Positions 1 to 9,990 of a DNA stretch of 64,000 bases are shown here, one piece after another. Position 1 is the first letter of the stretch. Each line of letters begins with the position of its first letter. A program made the translations under genes and the position numbers. The notes beneath the pieces were generated by a model, which was given only the letters and a program-made list of their open reading frames with translations, searched no databases and was not told the DNA's origin. The stretch comes from Azolla caroliniana. Taxonomy: Eukaryota; Plantae; Polypodiophyta. The DNA lies in the NCBI GenBank assembly GCA_043228905.1, contig JBHGNT010000001.1, positions 18,104,001 through 18,168,000 on the forward strand, given 5' to 3'.

Positions 1-865
1 TATAGGTCTCCGATGGAGTATATCGCACGTCCGGCAAATGCTTCCGCAAATTTGTCCACTATCGGACCAACTCCGGAGTTCCGGATCGTGACCTTGTTCA
101 CCGGTTGCAAGTCTTGGATAAATCGGAGTGACCCATTCTTCTTCGGAACCATAAACCATCGATTTGAGTACGGAGCATTTGATGGCTTTAGAATCCCCAT
201 CGCCACCTTCTCCTTGAGCAAGTCGATGACTTTCGGAATATGCACCCATGGCACCGGAATCAGCTTCAGGTTCCACGGCACATGGTCAATCGTGAAGATC
301 ACCATCGGCTCCACTATCTTCGGATCAACACACCCTATCTCCTTCGATGTGAATGCAAATGCTTTCCCATGTTGTTCCAACATCCCACAAAACCGTTCTT
401 CTTCATTTTCTAAAAGGAAACCACCTCCACCGATTTGAAGTTTCTTCCGGGTCTCATCCATGAAGGCATGTCGAATATGCACAAACTTCCGAAGTGTCGG
501 ATCTCCCGAGACTGCTTTCCTCTTTTGCTCGCTATTGGCGGGTAATGGTCCCGCGACCGGTTTCACTATCTTCTCCACGGTCTTGTATTTCGTACTTACC
601 ATTGCTTCTTCTTTGCGGAGCGCATCCGGCCCCATTTTCGCAATGATCTCGTACATCTTCACCGATTCCACCAGAACTACCTGGTCTCCTTGGCTTTTAT
701 CCTCCACAACCTCTTCAAGCCATTGTAGCGTGTTCCCATAGAATACTTCTTCGACTACCCCCACGATTTCTTCGTCTTCTTTTATTATTGATGCCGAGAG
801 TTTTCTTCCTGTGTGGGGTATCAAGGCTTCTCGGACTATCACTTCTCCACTCCGTAACAGTCCGT
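1..865 (-). pseudogene. B pol N-terminus / RT fragment
   Basis: Closely similar to about 6110-7075 of element A, with a deletion and disruptions. Confidence 0.9.
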
Positions 866-2148
866 TGTCGTGTGAATCTTCACACACTATGTAAAAAAAT
901 AATGAAATAATTATTATAGATTAGATTAGTAGCTTACTATAGAAAGATGGATATACTCAAGAGCTTCAAAATGTATTTTTCTATATATATACAAAATAGA
1001 GAAATACATATCAAGTTATGTGAAAATCAAGTTTGAGAAGATAGGGAAATTAGAACTATCCCACATAGATAGGAAACTTAAGGCCCTAGATATATAAGCA
1101 CCTTGAGCTCCCTCATTTTTCATTTGTGCTAAGAGCACTTTGGCCACTTTGTCTTGATGGATGATGGTGGCCAAGTTCCCAAAAACCGAAAACCGGCTGG
1201 TAAGCAAATCCGAAAACCGGCTGGTATGCAAACTGGAATCCGATCGGTAAGCAAAACCGAAATGCGGAAACCGACCGGTATGCAAATCCGGAAACCGGTC
1301 GGTATGCAAAACGAAAACCGGCTAGTAAGTAAAACCGGAATCCGAAAATCGGTTGGTAAGCAAAACCGGAATCCGGAAACCGGCTGGTATGCAAATCTGG
1401 AAACCGGCCGGTAAGCAAAAACGGAACCGGAATTGGTAATCAAACCGGAACCGGCCGGCAAGCAAAACCGGAACCGGAACCGGCAAGCAAAATCGGAATC
1501 GAAACCAGCAAGCAAACTGGAACCGGCTACCGAACGAGGTTGGACGTGGACGGACAGAAGATTGGATCATGCAACAAACTAAAGTGAAGTGAAGTAAACT
1601 AAAATAAAGGTCATGTGGACAGTCGCATGCAACTAAAAGAAAAAGCTAAGCAACTAAAAGTAGAGGCCATGCAACAAAAAGTGGACATGTAGATGATCAA
1701 GGGAAAACTCCATATAAAATTCCATTTTTTTTCCTACACTCATACTCTCTCTCCATTATTTTTCTTTTCCTTCTCAACTCCCTTATCTTAGGGAGGCCAT
1801 AACTCTCATAAACCCCAAAATTCCCTACGAAAGCCATAACACTCAAAAACCCTAATCTTCCCTACGGAAGCCATAATACTCATATAACCTAATCCTAATT
1901 TTCCCTATGGAAGCCATATCTCTCAAAACCCCTAATTTTTCTTTTCTATTAATCTTAGTAAACCTAAAACTTCTAAATCCCAATCTTGGGACATATTGTA
2001 ATTTCTTTTTCCTTTGTTAATGAAAATTATTAAATTTCTTCTTTACGTTAATTATTAAAAATATAAACGCACGAATGTGATTATCCTCTGGTCGGAGGCC
2101 CCGAGGTCCTACCTCAAGTTCGTGTATCCTCGTCGTATTTTCGCGACA
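866..2148 (+). mobile_element. Solo LTR X0 (1283 bp) inserted in B
   Basis: Ends TGTCGTGTG...TTTCGCGACA. TSD CCGT/CCGC. Removing it restores the sequence homologous to A 7061-7090. Homologous copies at 18663 and 22087. Strand inferred from TATA and U5-motif positions. Confidence 0.85.
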
Positions 2149-2153
2149 CCGCT

Positions 2154-2657
2154 CTAAAAATCCATCCTTCTCTTGTTCCTTTCAAGATTTGCCGGCACAG
2201 TTAGGAATTGGACGGATTTCCCTCCACTTTGGCTTCGAATTTGTGCGAAAGCCGCACCGCTATCAAGCACCTTTGTCTCCATCCGTGAAGCCGTGATAAA
2301 GGGTTTCTTGAGGATCACGGAATGTGAGACCTCGTCTTGTACGAAGAAATTTTGGTGGATCTCAACATCCCCAATCTTCACCGTCACATCCGAACAAGCC
2401 GCAAATAGATCTTTGGTTGCTTTCGTGGCTGCTCAGATCTTCCATCCATGGTTAGTGTTTATAGGCCACTTCCCCTTCCGGTAGAACTCCTTGGACATCA
2501 AATTGATCTCCGATCCGTGATCAATCAATGCTAGCACGGGCTCTTTGATGTTGCCGATTCGGACTGGAGTCTCCGTAGTTGCATGTGCCCAGTGTGGCCT
2601 TGTGTAGTGGGAGTTCGGAATTTCTTCCTCCACTTCGGTGTCATTCATTAAAACCGT
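2154..2657 (-). pseudogene. B aspartic protease region
   Basis: LALIDHGSEINLM motif. Matches A ORF 7078-8187. Contains an internal stop. Confidence 0.9.
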
Positions 2658-3488
2658 TGTCGTGCCTTTCGGCTCCGGATCGTTGCGTGAGTCGGGTGGG
2701 AACCACAGAGGTCTTGGACTAGGAGAAAGAAGTTCGTGAGATAGAGATTAATTATGAGTAAATAGCAAAGAGAAAGATAAGAAACTCGTGAATCACACGA
2801 GTATACTATATTAATTAGTACTTAGGGTGTTAAGAGAGAAGTAGATGTATAAATCGTGAATCCCACGAATAATTTTTGTATTGATTAATACTTAATCCAA
2901 ATAATCAACAACCCTTTACACATTTCTCTCCTCCTTATATAAGGGAGGAAGAGCTAAGCATGGCTTCATGCTTTTTTTTTACAAAAAGTGTTCATGTCCA
3001 CTAAATGTGCATGTGATGCTTTTTTATTTCCTAAGTATAGGGCTCATGCACGCTAGATGTGCATGAGTTATTTTTAGTGTCTCGTGTTTTTCTTTTTCAT
3101 ATATTAAAAAAAATACACGATTTACCTTTTAATAAAGGTATGCATAAATAAAGGTCTTATACGTATTAAATCTATATTTAAAACACTTAAGATAAGTTAA
3201 TGTAATGGTAAGGTTGGGGTTTGTCAACGTGAAGGTGCAGAGTTCGAATCACGCCCTGCGCAGTAGTGAGTATTTCCTTTCTTTTTACATTTATGTCTCT
3301 TTATCCGGCTCTTCCTTGCCGGTATGCCGTTTTCTTCCTTGCCGGTATGCCGTTTTCCTCCTTGCCGGTATGCCGTTTTCCCTCCTTGCCGGTATGCCGT
3401 TTTCTTCCGGTTCTCACCGAGCACTCCATTCTCTATCCGGAGGGACAAAAATATAATTTCCACATAGTGTGCAACCTACACTACGACA
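2658..3488 (-). repeat. A 3' LTR
   Basis: Sense strand TGTCGTAG...GCACGACA. Direct repeat of 9156-9986. Confidence 0.97.
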
Positions 3489-6400
3489 CTCGCCCCCTCC
3501 AAACCCGCACATCCTCCGGTATGTGCCGAAGTTCTTGATTCTTCGTATCCGTCTTCATCCGAAGCTTCCTCCGATTCTCCCCTTATGTCGACTATGAGTT
3601 GTAATCCACTTTCTTCGCTTCCCGCATCATTGTGGTCTTCGTCCGATTGCTCCTCGTTGTCGGCCTCGACTTGGATCACATAAGGTTTGTCGTCGGTCCG
3701 CTTCTTGAAAATCTTCACCCGCTTCCCGGCTATAGGCACTCGTAGTATTGTTCCATCCAACTCGGACAGTCGGTACGTCCCGTTGTCGAAGACCTTCCGA
3801 ACCTCGTACGGCCCGAACCACCTTTTTGCGAATTTCCGCATCGTTGTATGTTGATGGTCCAAGCTACTATCATAGACGATCACCCAATCTCCTTCTTCAA
3901 TCCTCCTCGGTCGTAGTCGGTGCTTTGTGTCGAACCGGCTTTTGTTCCGGAATCGTGCTTCTTGTTGTCGGCGTGACGCTTCCGCTACATCTTTCGGTCT
4001 TCCCTCCAGTTGTCGTATCCGGACCGCTAGTAGATCTTCCCGGCTCATCTCTTCCTTCCACGGTAGTATTGTCCATGTCGCGATTGCGGTTTCCGTTGGC
4101 ATTACCGGTGCTTGTCCGGTCATGAGTTCTGCCGGCATGTAACCGGTCACGGAGCTATGCGTCGTCCGATCCGCCCATAGTGCATACGGAAGCATTTGTG
4201 GCCAATCCTTCACCCTTCCGTCGCATGCCTTCGCAAGTGCTTTCACGATCGGACTATGTCCTCGTTCGATCTTCCCGTTGGCCTCCGGATTGTAGGCCGT
4301 TGTCAACGTTAACCGAACTCCATGTTTGGCGAAGAATCCCCTAGCTTTGTCCGAGTCGAGTTCTCCCCGGTCCGCAATCACTTGTCCTACGCAGCCGTAC
4401 CTACAAAACACTTCTTCCAAAAGAAATTGGCACACCGCGGCACACGTTTTCCTCCGAAGCGCTCGACCTTCAACTTGGTTTGTGAGATCTTCTCGAGCTA
4501 ACACCAAGTATTTCTTTTGTCCAATCCCGGTCGGCATAGCTACAATGTCGACCATCCACTTGAAGTTGATTGTCGGTGAGAATGTCGGATGCAGCTCATC
4601 TCGGTGTCGGACCCCGGAGTAGACTTGACATTTCTCGCAGCTTTCTGTGAACTCCGCGACATCTTTATACATGTTCTTCCACCAATATCTTTGCTTGATC
4701 TTCACAAAAGTTGCCCATGTTCCTCGATGTCCAGCCCAATCGGATTCGTGGAACTCGGACATTATCCGGTTTCGTTGCTCTTTCGTCCCGACTACTCGAA
4801 GTGGTATCCCATCCGGTCTTTTCGGCGTCCTCCATATTAAACCGTTTTCCAAGAAGAACTTTTGGACTTGCCTCTTCTTCCTTCGGATCTCGGCTCTCCT
4901 TTCTTTATCATTGGTTGAATCCTCGACCTCTTGTAGCATCTTCCCGATCATCAAGGTTTCCCCCTCGTATTCTTCTTCCCGGAATTCTCGGATCACGTTC
5001 ACTCGGCATATGTGTTCTGACGTGAAGTAGTCTTCGGAAACTTCTTCATTATCTGATTCGGTTATGTCGTCTTCAAACCGCGCCCTCGATAACATGTCCG
5101 CTACCGCGTTGTCCTTCCCCGAGATGTGTCGAACCTCCGGATTAAGTGACTTGACATATGCAATCCACCTTAGCATAGCCACATCCGGTATCGTACAACA
5201 CCGCATCATCCCGAGTATCGGAAGACAATCCGTCTCGATCACCACTTCAGTTCCGATCAAATAATCCCGATCCGATTTTATCGCCGACACGACTCCCCAC
5301 AATTCTCTTTTGATTTGTGCATATCCGCGTTGCCTTTCGTTGAGGACCTTTGCTCCAAATCGGATCGGATACCGCGAACCATCCGAGTCGGCTTGATTGA
5401 TGACCCACCCGATACCGGTTGGACTTGTATCAACCGTTACTATGATTGGCCGCTCGTAGCTTGGCTTCTTAAGTGATTCCGCCCTCCATAGTGTCTTCTT
5501 GAGCTTCCTCATGGCTTTAGTGTGTTCTGGTTTCCACTCGAATTTCTTACCTTTCCGCAACAAGTGATAGAGCGGGTCCGCTATATGTGCATAGTGCGGA
5601 ATCCATATGTGATAGAATGCACACGCACCTAGAAACCTTCGGACTTCCGATGTTGACTCACATACTTCCTTCATAGCTTGAATCGCATCGATCTTTGTTG
5701 GTGACGGTCTTCGGCCGTAGGGTCCACATAGATGTCCGACCACCAATATTTCTTCTTGCCCGAATGCCGATTTCTCCCCGGAAAGTGTTAGGTGCACATC
5801 TTCTAACTTTCGCAACACTTTCTCGCAATCATGAATATGGTCGACCACGAACTTTCGGCATCCCCGATCATCCATAGTCTCATCTTTTTCTTCCACCGCG
5901 CATCCTTTCATCGGAATGTCATCTAGAAACGGCATCGTTATCTCCGGGATGCAATCTCGAAGCACCTTGTTCATCGCGTTCATCATATGTGCAACCGAGT
6001 TTGTCGCTCCTTGTGGTAGTGTGCACATTCGAACTAGTCCTATCGGTGTCCGCATGGTAGTGATGTCTCGGCTCTCCACTGCTAGTTGGAATTGGTCATA
6101 CCCCGAGTATAGGTCCCCGATGGAGTATATCGCACGTCCGGCAAAAGCTTCCGCGAATTCGTCCACTATCGGACCGACTCCCGAGTTCCGGATCGTGACC
6201 TTGTTCACCGGTTGCAAGTCTTGGATGAATCGGAGTGACCCATTCTTCTTCGGAACCGTAAACCATCGATTTGAGTACGGAGCACTTGATGGCTCTAGAA
6301 TCCCCATCGCCACCTTCTCCTTGAGCAAGTCGATGACTTTCGGAATATGCGCCCGTGGCACCGGAATCGGCTTCAGGTTCCACGGTACATGATTAATCGT

Positions 6401-6943
6401 GAAAATCACCATCAGCTCCACTATCTTTGGATCAATGCATCCGATCTCCCTCGATGTGAACGCGAATGCTTTGCCATGTTGCTCCAACATCTCTCGAAAC
6501 CGTTTTTCTTCTTCTTGTAAGAGGAACCCACCTCCACCGATCCGAAGTTTCTTCCGGGTCTCATCTGTGAAGGCATGTCCGATATCCACGGTCTTCCGAA
6601 GTGTCAGATCTCCCGAGACTTCTTTCCTCTTTTGTTCGCTATCGGCGGGTAGTGGTCCCGCGGCCGGTTTTACCTTCTTCTCCACGGTCTTGTATTTCGT
6701 ACTTACCATTGCTTCTTCTTTGCGGAGCGCATCCGGCCCCATTTTCGCAACGATCTCGTACATCTCGACCGATTCCACCGGGACTACCCGGTTCCCTTGG
6801 CTTTTATCTTCCGCAAGCTCTTCAAGCCGTTGTAGTGTATTCCCATAGAACACTTCCTCGATCACTCCCACGATTTCTTCGTCTTCTTTTATTATTGATG
6901 CCGACCGTAACTTATCCTCCACTTGTCGGTATTGTTTCTTCAT
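3476..6943 (-). CDS. pol: Pol RT-RNaseH-integrase of A (frame stays open upstream to the slippery site near 7087)
   Basis: 1155-aa ORF. RT motifs DLYSGYDQ, LPQG, FLDD. RNase H motifs VDTS, KRELWG, VADMLSR. Integrase HHCC (HESDWAGH...CEKC), DDE (VDI/ADR/IER) and WFGPY. Acidic tail. Stop lies inside the 3' LTR. Confidence 0.97.
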   Translation of the reverse strand: MKKQYRQVEDKLRSASIIKEDEEIVGVIEEVFYGNTLQRLEELAEDKSQGNRVVPVESVEMYEIVAKMGPDALRKEEAMVSTKYKTVEKKVKPAAGPLPADSEQKRKEVSGDLTLRKTVDIGHAFTDETRKKLRIGGGGFLLQEEEKRFREMLEQHGKAFAFTSREIGCIDPKIVELMVIFTINHVPWNLKPIPVPRAHIPKVIDLLKEKVAMGILEPSSAPYSNRWFTVPKKNGSLRFIQDLQPVNKVTIRNSGVGPIVDEFAEAFAGRAIYSIGDLYSGYDQFQLAVESRDITTMRTPIGLVRMCTLPQGATNSVAHMMNAMNKVLRDCIPEITMPFLDDIPMKGCAVEEKDETMDDRGCRKFVVDHIHDCEKVLRKLEDVHLTLSGEKSAFGQEEILVVGHLCGPYGRRPSPTKIDAIQAMKEVCESTSEVRRFLGACAFYHIWIPHYAHIADPLYHLLRKGKKFEWKPEHTKAMRKLKKTLWRAESLKKPSYERPIIVTVDTSPTGIGWVINQADSDGSRYPIRFGAKVLNERQRGYAQIKRELWGVVSAIKSDRDYLIGTEVVIETDCLPILGMMRCCTIPDVAMLRWIAYVKSLNPEVRHISGKDNAVADMLSRARFEDDITESDNEEVSEDYFTSEHICRVNVIREFREEEYEGETLMIGKMLQEVEDSTNDKERRAEIRRKKRQVQKFFLENGLIWRTPKRPDGIPLRVVGTKEQRNRIMSEFHESDWAGHRGTWATFVKIKQRYWWKNMYKDVAEFTESCEKCQVYSGVRHRDELHPTFSPTINFKWMVDIVAMPTGIGQKKYLVLAREDLTNQVEGRALRRKTCAAVCQFLLEEVFCRYGCVGQVIADRGELDSDKARGFFAKHGVRLTLTTAYNPEANGKIERGHSPIVKALAKACDGRVKDWPQMLPYALWADRTTHSSVTGYMPAELMTGQAPVMPTETAIATWTILPWKEEMSREDLLAVRIRQLEGRPKDVAEASRRQQEARFRNKSRFDTKHRLRPRRIEEGDWVIVYDSSLDHQHTTMRKFAKRWFGPYEVRKVFDNGTYRLSELDGTILRVPIAGKRVKIFKKRTDDKPYVIQVEADNEEQSDEDHNDAGSEESGLQLIVDIRGESEEASDEDGYEESRTSAHTGGCAGLEGASVVV
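3489..3500 (-). promoter_or_regulatory. Polypurine tract of A
   Basis: Sense GGAGGGGGCGAG directly before the 3' LTR. Confidence 0.9.
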
Positions 6944-7023
6944 TCCTTCGGTTACGGCCGTGTACGTAGATGCCCCATCCGGGCCGATTCGTACTTGTTT
7001 TGCTCCGAGACTTTTCTTCCTGT

Positions 7024-7087
7024 GTGGGGTATCAGGGCTTCTCGGACTATCACTTCCCCACTCCGCAACAGTCCGCTTTAAAAATCC
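7024..7087 (-). promoter_or_regulatory. Predicted -1 programmed ribosomal frameshift signal (G_GAU_UUU + 5 nt + H-type pseudoknot)
   Basis: Slippery site immediately before the gag-PR stop. The -1 frame is open into pol. 11-bp stem CGGACUGUUGC/GUGAUAGUCCG. Loop GUGGGG pairs with downstream CCCCAC. Confidence 0.8.
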
Positions 7088-9117
7088 ATTCTCACTTGGG
7101 ACAAGAGTTCCCTCTTGTTCCTTTCGTGATTTGCCGGCACCGTTAGGAATTGGACGGATTTCCCTCCGTTTTGGCTCCGAATTCGCGCAAAAGCCGCACC
7201 ACTATCGAGCACCTTCGTCTCCATCCGTGAAGCCGTGATAAAGGGTTGGCCGAGGATGACAGAATGTGAAACCTCATCCTGCACAAAGAAATTTTGGTCA
7301 ATTTCGACATCCCCGATCTTTACCGTCACATCCGGACAAGCCGCAAATAGGTCTTCTGTCGTTTTCGTGGCTGCCCGAATCTTCCATCCATGGTTGGTGT
7401 TTATAGGCCACTTCCCCTTTCGGTAGAACTCCTTGGACATCAAGTTGATCTCCGATCCGTGATCAATCAATGCTAGCACGGGTTCTTTGATGTTGCCGAT
7501 TCGGACCGGAGTCTCCGTAGTCGCACGTGCCCAGTGTGGCCTTGTATAGTGGGAGTTCGGAATTTCGCCTTCCACTTCGGTGTCGTTCATTGAAACGGTA
7601 TTTGCATTCACCCTTGGAGCATTTTCCTCCGTACTTTGTCTCTTCCTTTTTACGAGATCCACGAGAAGATCGTGAAACTCCTTCTTCGCTATTCCGAGTA
7701 GTTCCCGCAGCGAAAAATCTACCCGGCTATCCAAGATTCTTTCCTCGAACACTCTTTTCAAGTCGGTTTGTTGTTCTATGTCCGAGGCGAGCTTGAATGC
7801 CGGAGTCGCCTTTTCTTTTCCCTTACCTCCGGAGTTCCAGCTTTCCGGTATCTTCGATGGTCCGGCCGCATCCTCCGTGCGCCGTCGTTTCTCGTCCACA
7901 TACACCTCATGTAATTGACACAGGGCGTATATGCTATTCTTGTCGACAGGGCACTCCCATCCCGTAGCTTCCCGGACGCCTTCCGCGGTGTTTCGGATAT
8001 CGTTGGAGTCGGTTTTCTCGGTGTTTCCTAGCACCTCCGGCCAGAAAGACGCCTTCGCTCCCGATGACTCCCCGACACATATTCCCGCGGTTGTCGCATA
8101 GTTGCTTCTTGCCGCTAACTCCTCCTCGAGCACCTTCTTCATGCCGCCTTTCCGGAAGTTCGGTCGGAGTGGCTTCCGAGAGTCCATCGAATGAATCCGG
8201 TTTCCCTCGTAGTAGATGAGATCCCGTCGTAGCGCCTCCTTATGGTCGTCGCAATCCCTCCGATCGTGTTCGGCGCTATCGCACCATATGCACCGTCAAT
8301 CCGTATATTTGGAGCTTGTGGGGCGGTCATCCGACTTCTTCACCATCGCGATCTTTAGATTCTCCATCTCCTTCAGCAGCTGCTCCACCGTAGACGCGTC
8401 GACCCCCTTCTCGGCCGTAATCTCCCGAGCCCTCGGTTGATGGTCTTCCAGTCCCGTTCTCGGTTTCGGAATCGGTTCCGAAACCCTCTTTTCTTCGTTG
8501 GCAAGCCATTGCCCCCTCTTCGTGTACCGCGCGACGATATCCCGCACGCTTTCCCATGTTTCGGTGAGGCCGCTTTCGGTGGTCGTGTCCTCAAGAAGCA
8601 CTCCGAGATCTTTCCGGTCCCGGACGTCCACAGCTCGCAAAAACATGATGACTTTGTCCGGTGCAAGAATAGTTTGATCTCTCGCGGACAACCTCCCGAA
8701 CCGACTTTCGAATGTCGAAAACACTTCGAGGACCTTCAACCCCTTACCTGACGTTTCCACCCAATCCTCGAATCCCCTCCGCGTTGCCTTGGAGGAGTCC
8801 TCGATGGCAAACGTGGTCTTTAACGCCTCTTCGAATGCTTCCCACGTCGGATTTTGTTGTTGCAACCCGTGGATACTCCCTTGAAGCCCGTCGGTCGCCA
8901 CCCGGTTAAAGGATGTCACTTGCAGTCCTTCCGAAGCCCGGCACCGGAGCATCTCCGCCTTGTAGTCCTGCAAATATCGCGACACATCCTTACCATTAAA
9001 TTGCCCGTTGCGTTGCACGAGCCGCTCTACTGATCCCGAAATCTCCGACATCGTGCGTTGTTCTTGAAGCATCCGTTCGAACATCGCCATCATATTGTTA
9101 GCTTGTTGAGCCTCCAT
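7078..9117 (-). CDS. gag: Gag-protease of A, one frame with a single in-frame TGA at 8296-8298
   Basis: ORFs 8296-9204 and 7078-8187 share a frame. The sequence between them encodes the zinc knuckle CIWCDSAEHDRRDC. Protease motif LIDHGSEIN. Confidence 0.9.
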
Positions 9118-9133
9118 CTCCTTGCCACCCGTC

Positions 9134-9151
9134 TTCACGTCGGGTTCACCA
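9134..9151 (-). promoter_or_regulatory. Primer binding site complementary to tRNA-Trp
   Basis: + strand TTCACGTCGGGTTCACCA equals the recalled 3' 18 nt of plant cytosolic tRNA-Trp(CCA). Lies 4 nt from the LTR. Confidence 0.85.
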
Positions 9152-9155
9152 ACTG

Positions 9156-9986
9156 TGTCGTGCCTTTCGGCTCCGGATCGTTGCGTGAGTCGGGTGGGAA
9201 CCACAGAGGTCTTGGACTAGGAGAAAGAAGTTCGTGAGATAGAGATTAATTATGAGTAAATAGCAAAGAGAAAGATAAGAAACTCGTGAATCACACGAGT
9301 ATACTATATTAATTAGTACTTAGGGTGTTAAGAGAGAAGTAGATGTATAAATCGTGAATCCCACGAATAATTTTTGTATTGATTAATACTTAATCCAAAT
9401 AATCAACAACCCTTTACACATTTCTCTCCTCCTTATATAAGGGAGGAAGAGCTAAGCATGGCTTCATGCTTTTTTTTTACAAAAAGTGTTCATGTCCACT
9501 AAATGTGCATGTGATGCTTTTTTATTTCCTAAGTATAGGGCTCATGCACGCTAGATGTGCATGAGTTATTTTTAGTGTCTCGTGTTTTTCTTTTTCATAT
9601 ATTAAAAAAAATACACGATTTACCTTTTAATAAAGGTATGCATAAATAAAGGTCTTATACGTATTAAATCTATATTTAAAACACTTAAGATAAGTTAATG
9701 TAATGGTAAGGTTGGGGTTTGTCAACGTGAAGGTGCAGAGTTCGAATCACGCCCTGCGCAGTAGTGAGTATTTCCTTTCTTTTTACATTTATGTCTCTTT
9801 ATCCGGCTCTTCCTTGCCGGTATGCCGTTTTCTTCCTTGCCGGTATGCCGTTTTCCTCCTTGCCGGTATGCCGTTTTCCCTCCTTGCCGGTATGCCGTTT
9901 TCTTCCGGTTCTCACCGAGCACTCCATTCTCTATCCGGAGGGACAAAAATATAATTTCCACATAGTGTGCAACCTACACTACGACA
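9156..9986 (-). repeat. A 5' LTR
   Basis: 831-bp direct repeat of 2658-3488. Confidence 0.97.
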
Positions 9987-9990
9987 CCGT

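Larger units (their letters stand above)
2658..9986 (-). mobile_element. Full-length young Ty3/Gypsy LTR retrotransposon A (7329 bp, non-chromovirus)
   Basis: Two 831-bp LTRs that look identical by eye. 4-bp TSD CCGT (2654-2657, 9987-9990). PBS and PPT present. Domain order gag-PR-RT-RH-INT. Confidence 0.97.

Noticed and set aside
1016-1570. ORFs such as AYRPVSGF repeats in X
   Set aside because: Translations of the AACCGG repeat array.
3195-3265. Functional tRNA gene
   Set aside because: Only the A/B boxes are recognisable; acceptor and anticodon stems do not pair.
3476-3700. Envelope-like ORF or chromodomain in A
   Set aside because: There is no room between INT and the LTR, no hydrophobic segment and no aromatic chromodomain pattern.
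13-8909. Plus-strand ORFs overlapping A/B gag-pol (and similar antisense ORFs over H, I, M, L)
   Set aside because: Antisense shadows of real coding frames.
9118-9204. Gag start at GTG inside the LTR
   Set aside because: The ATG at 9117 after the PBS is the more plausible start. The upstream conservation is explained by the U5/PBS cis-elements.
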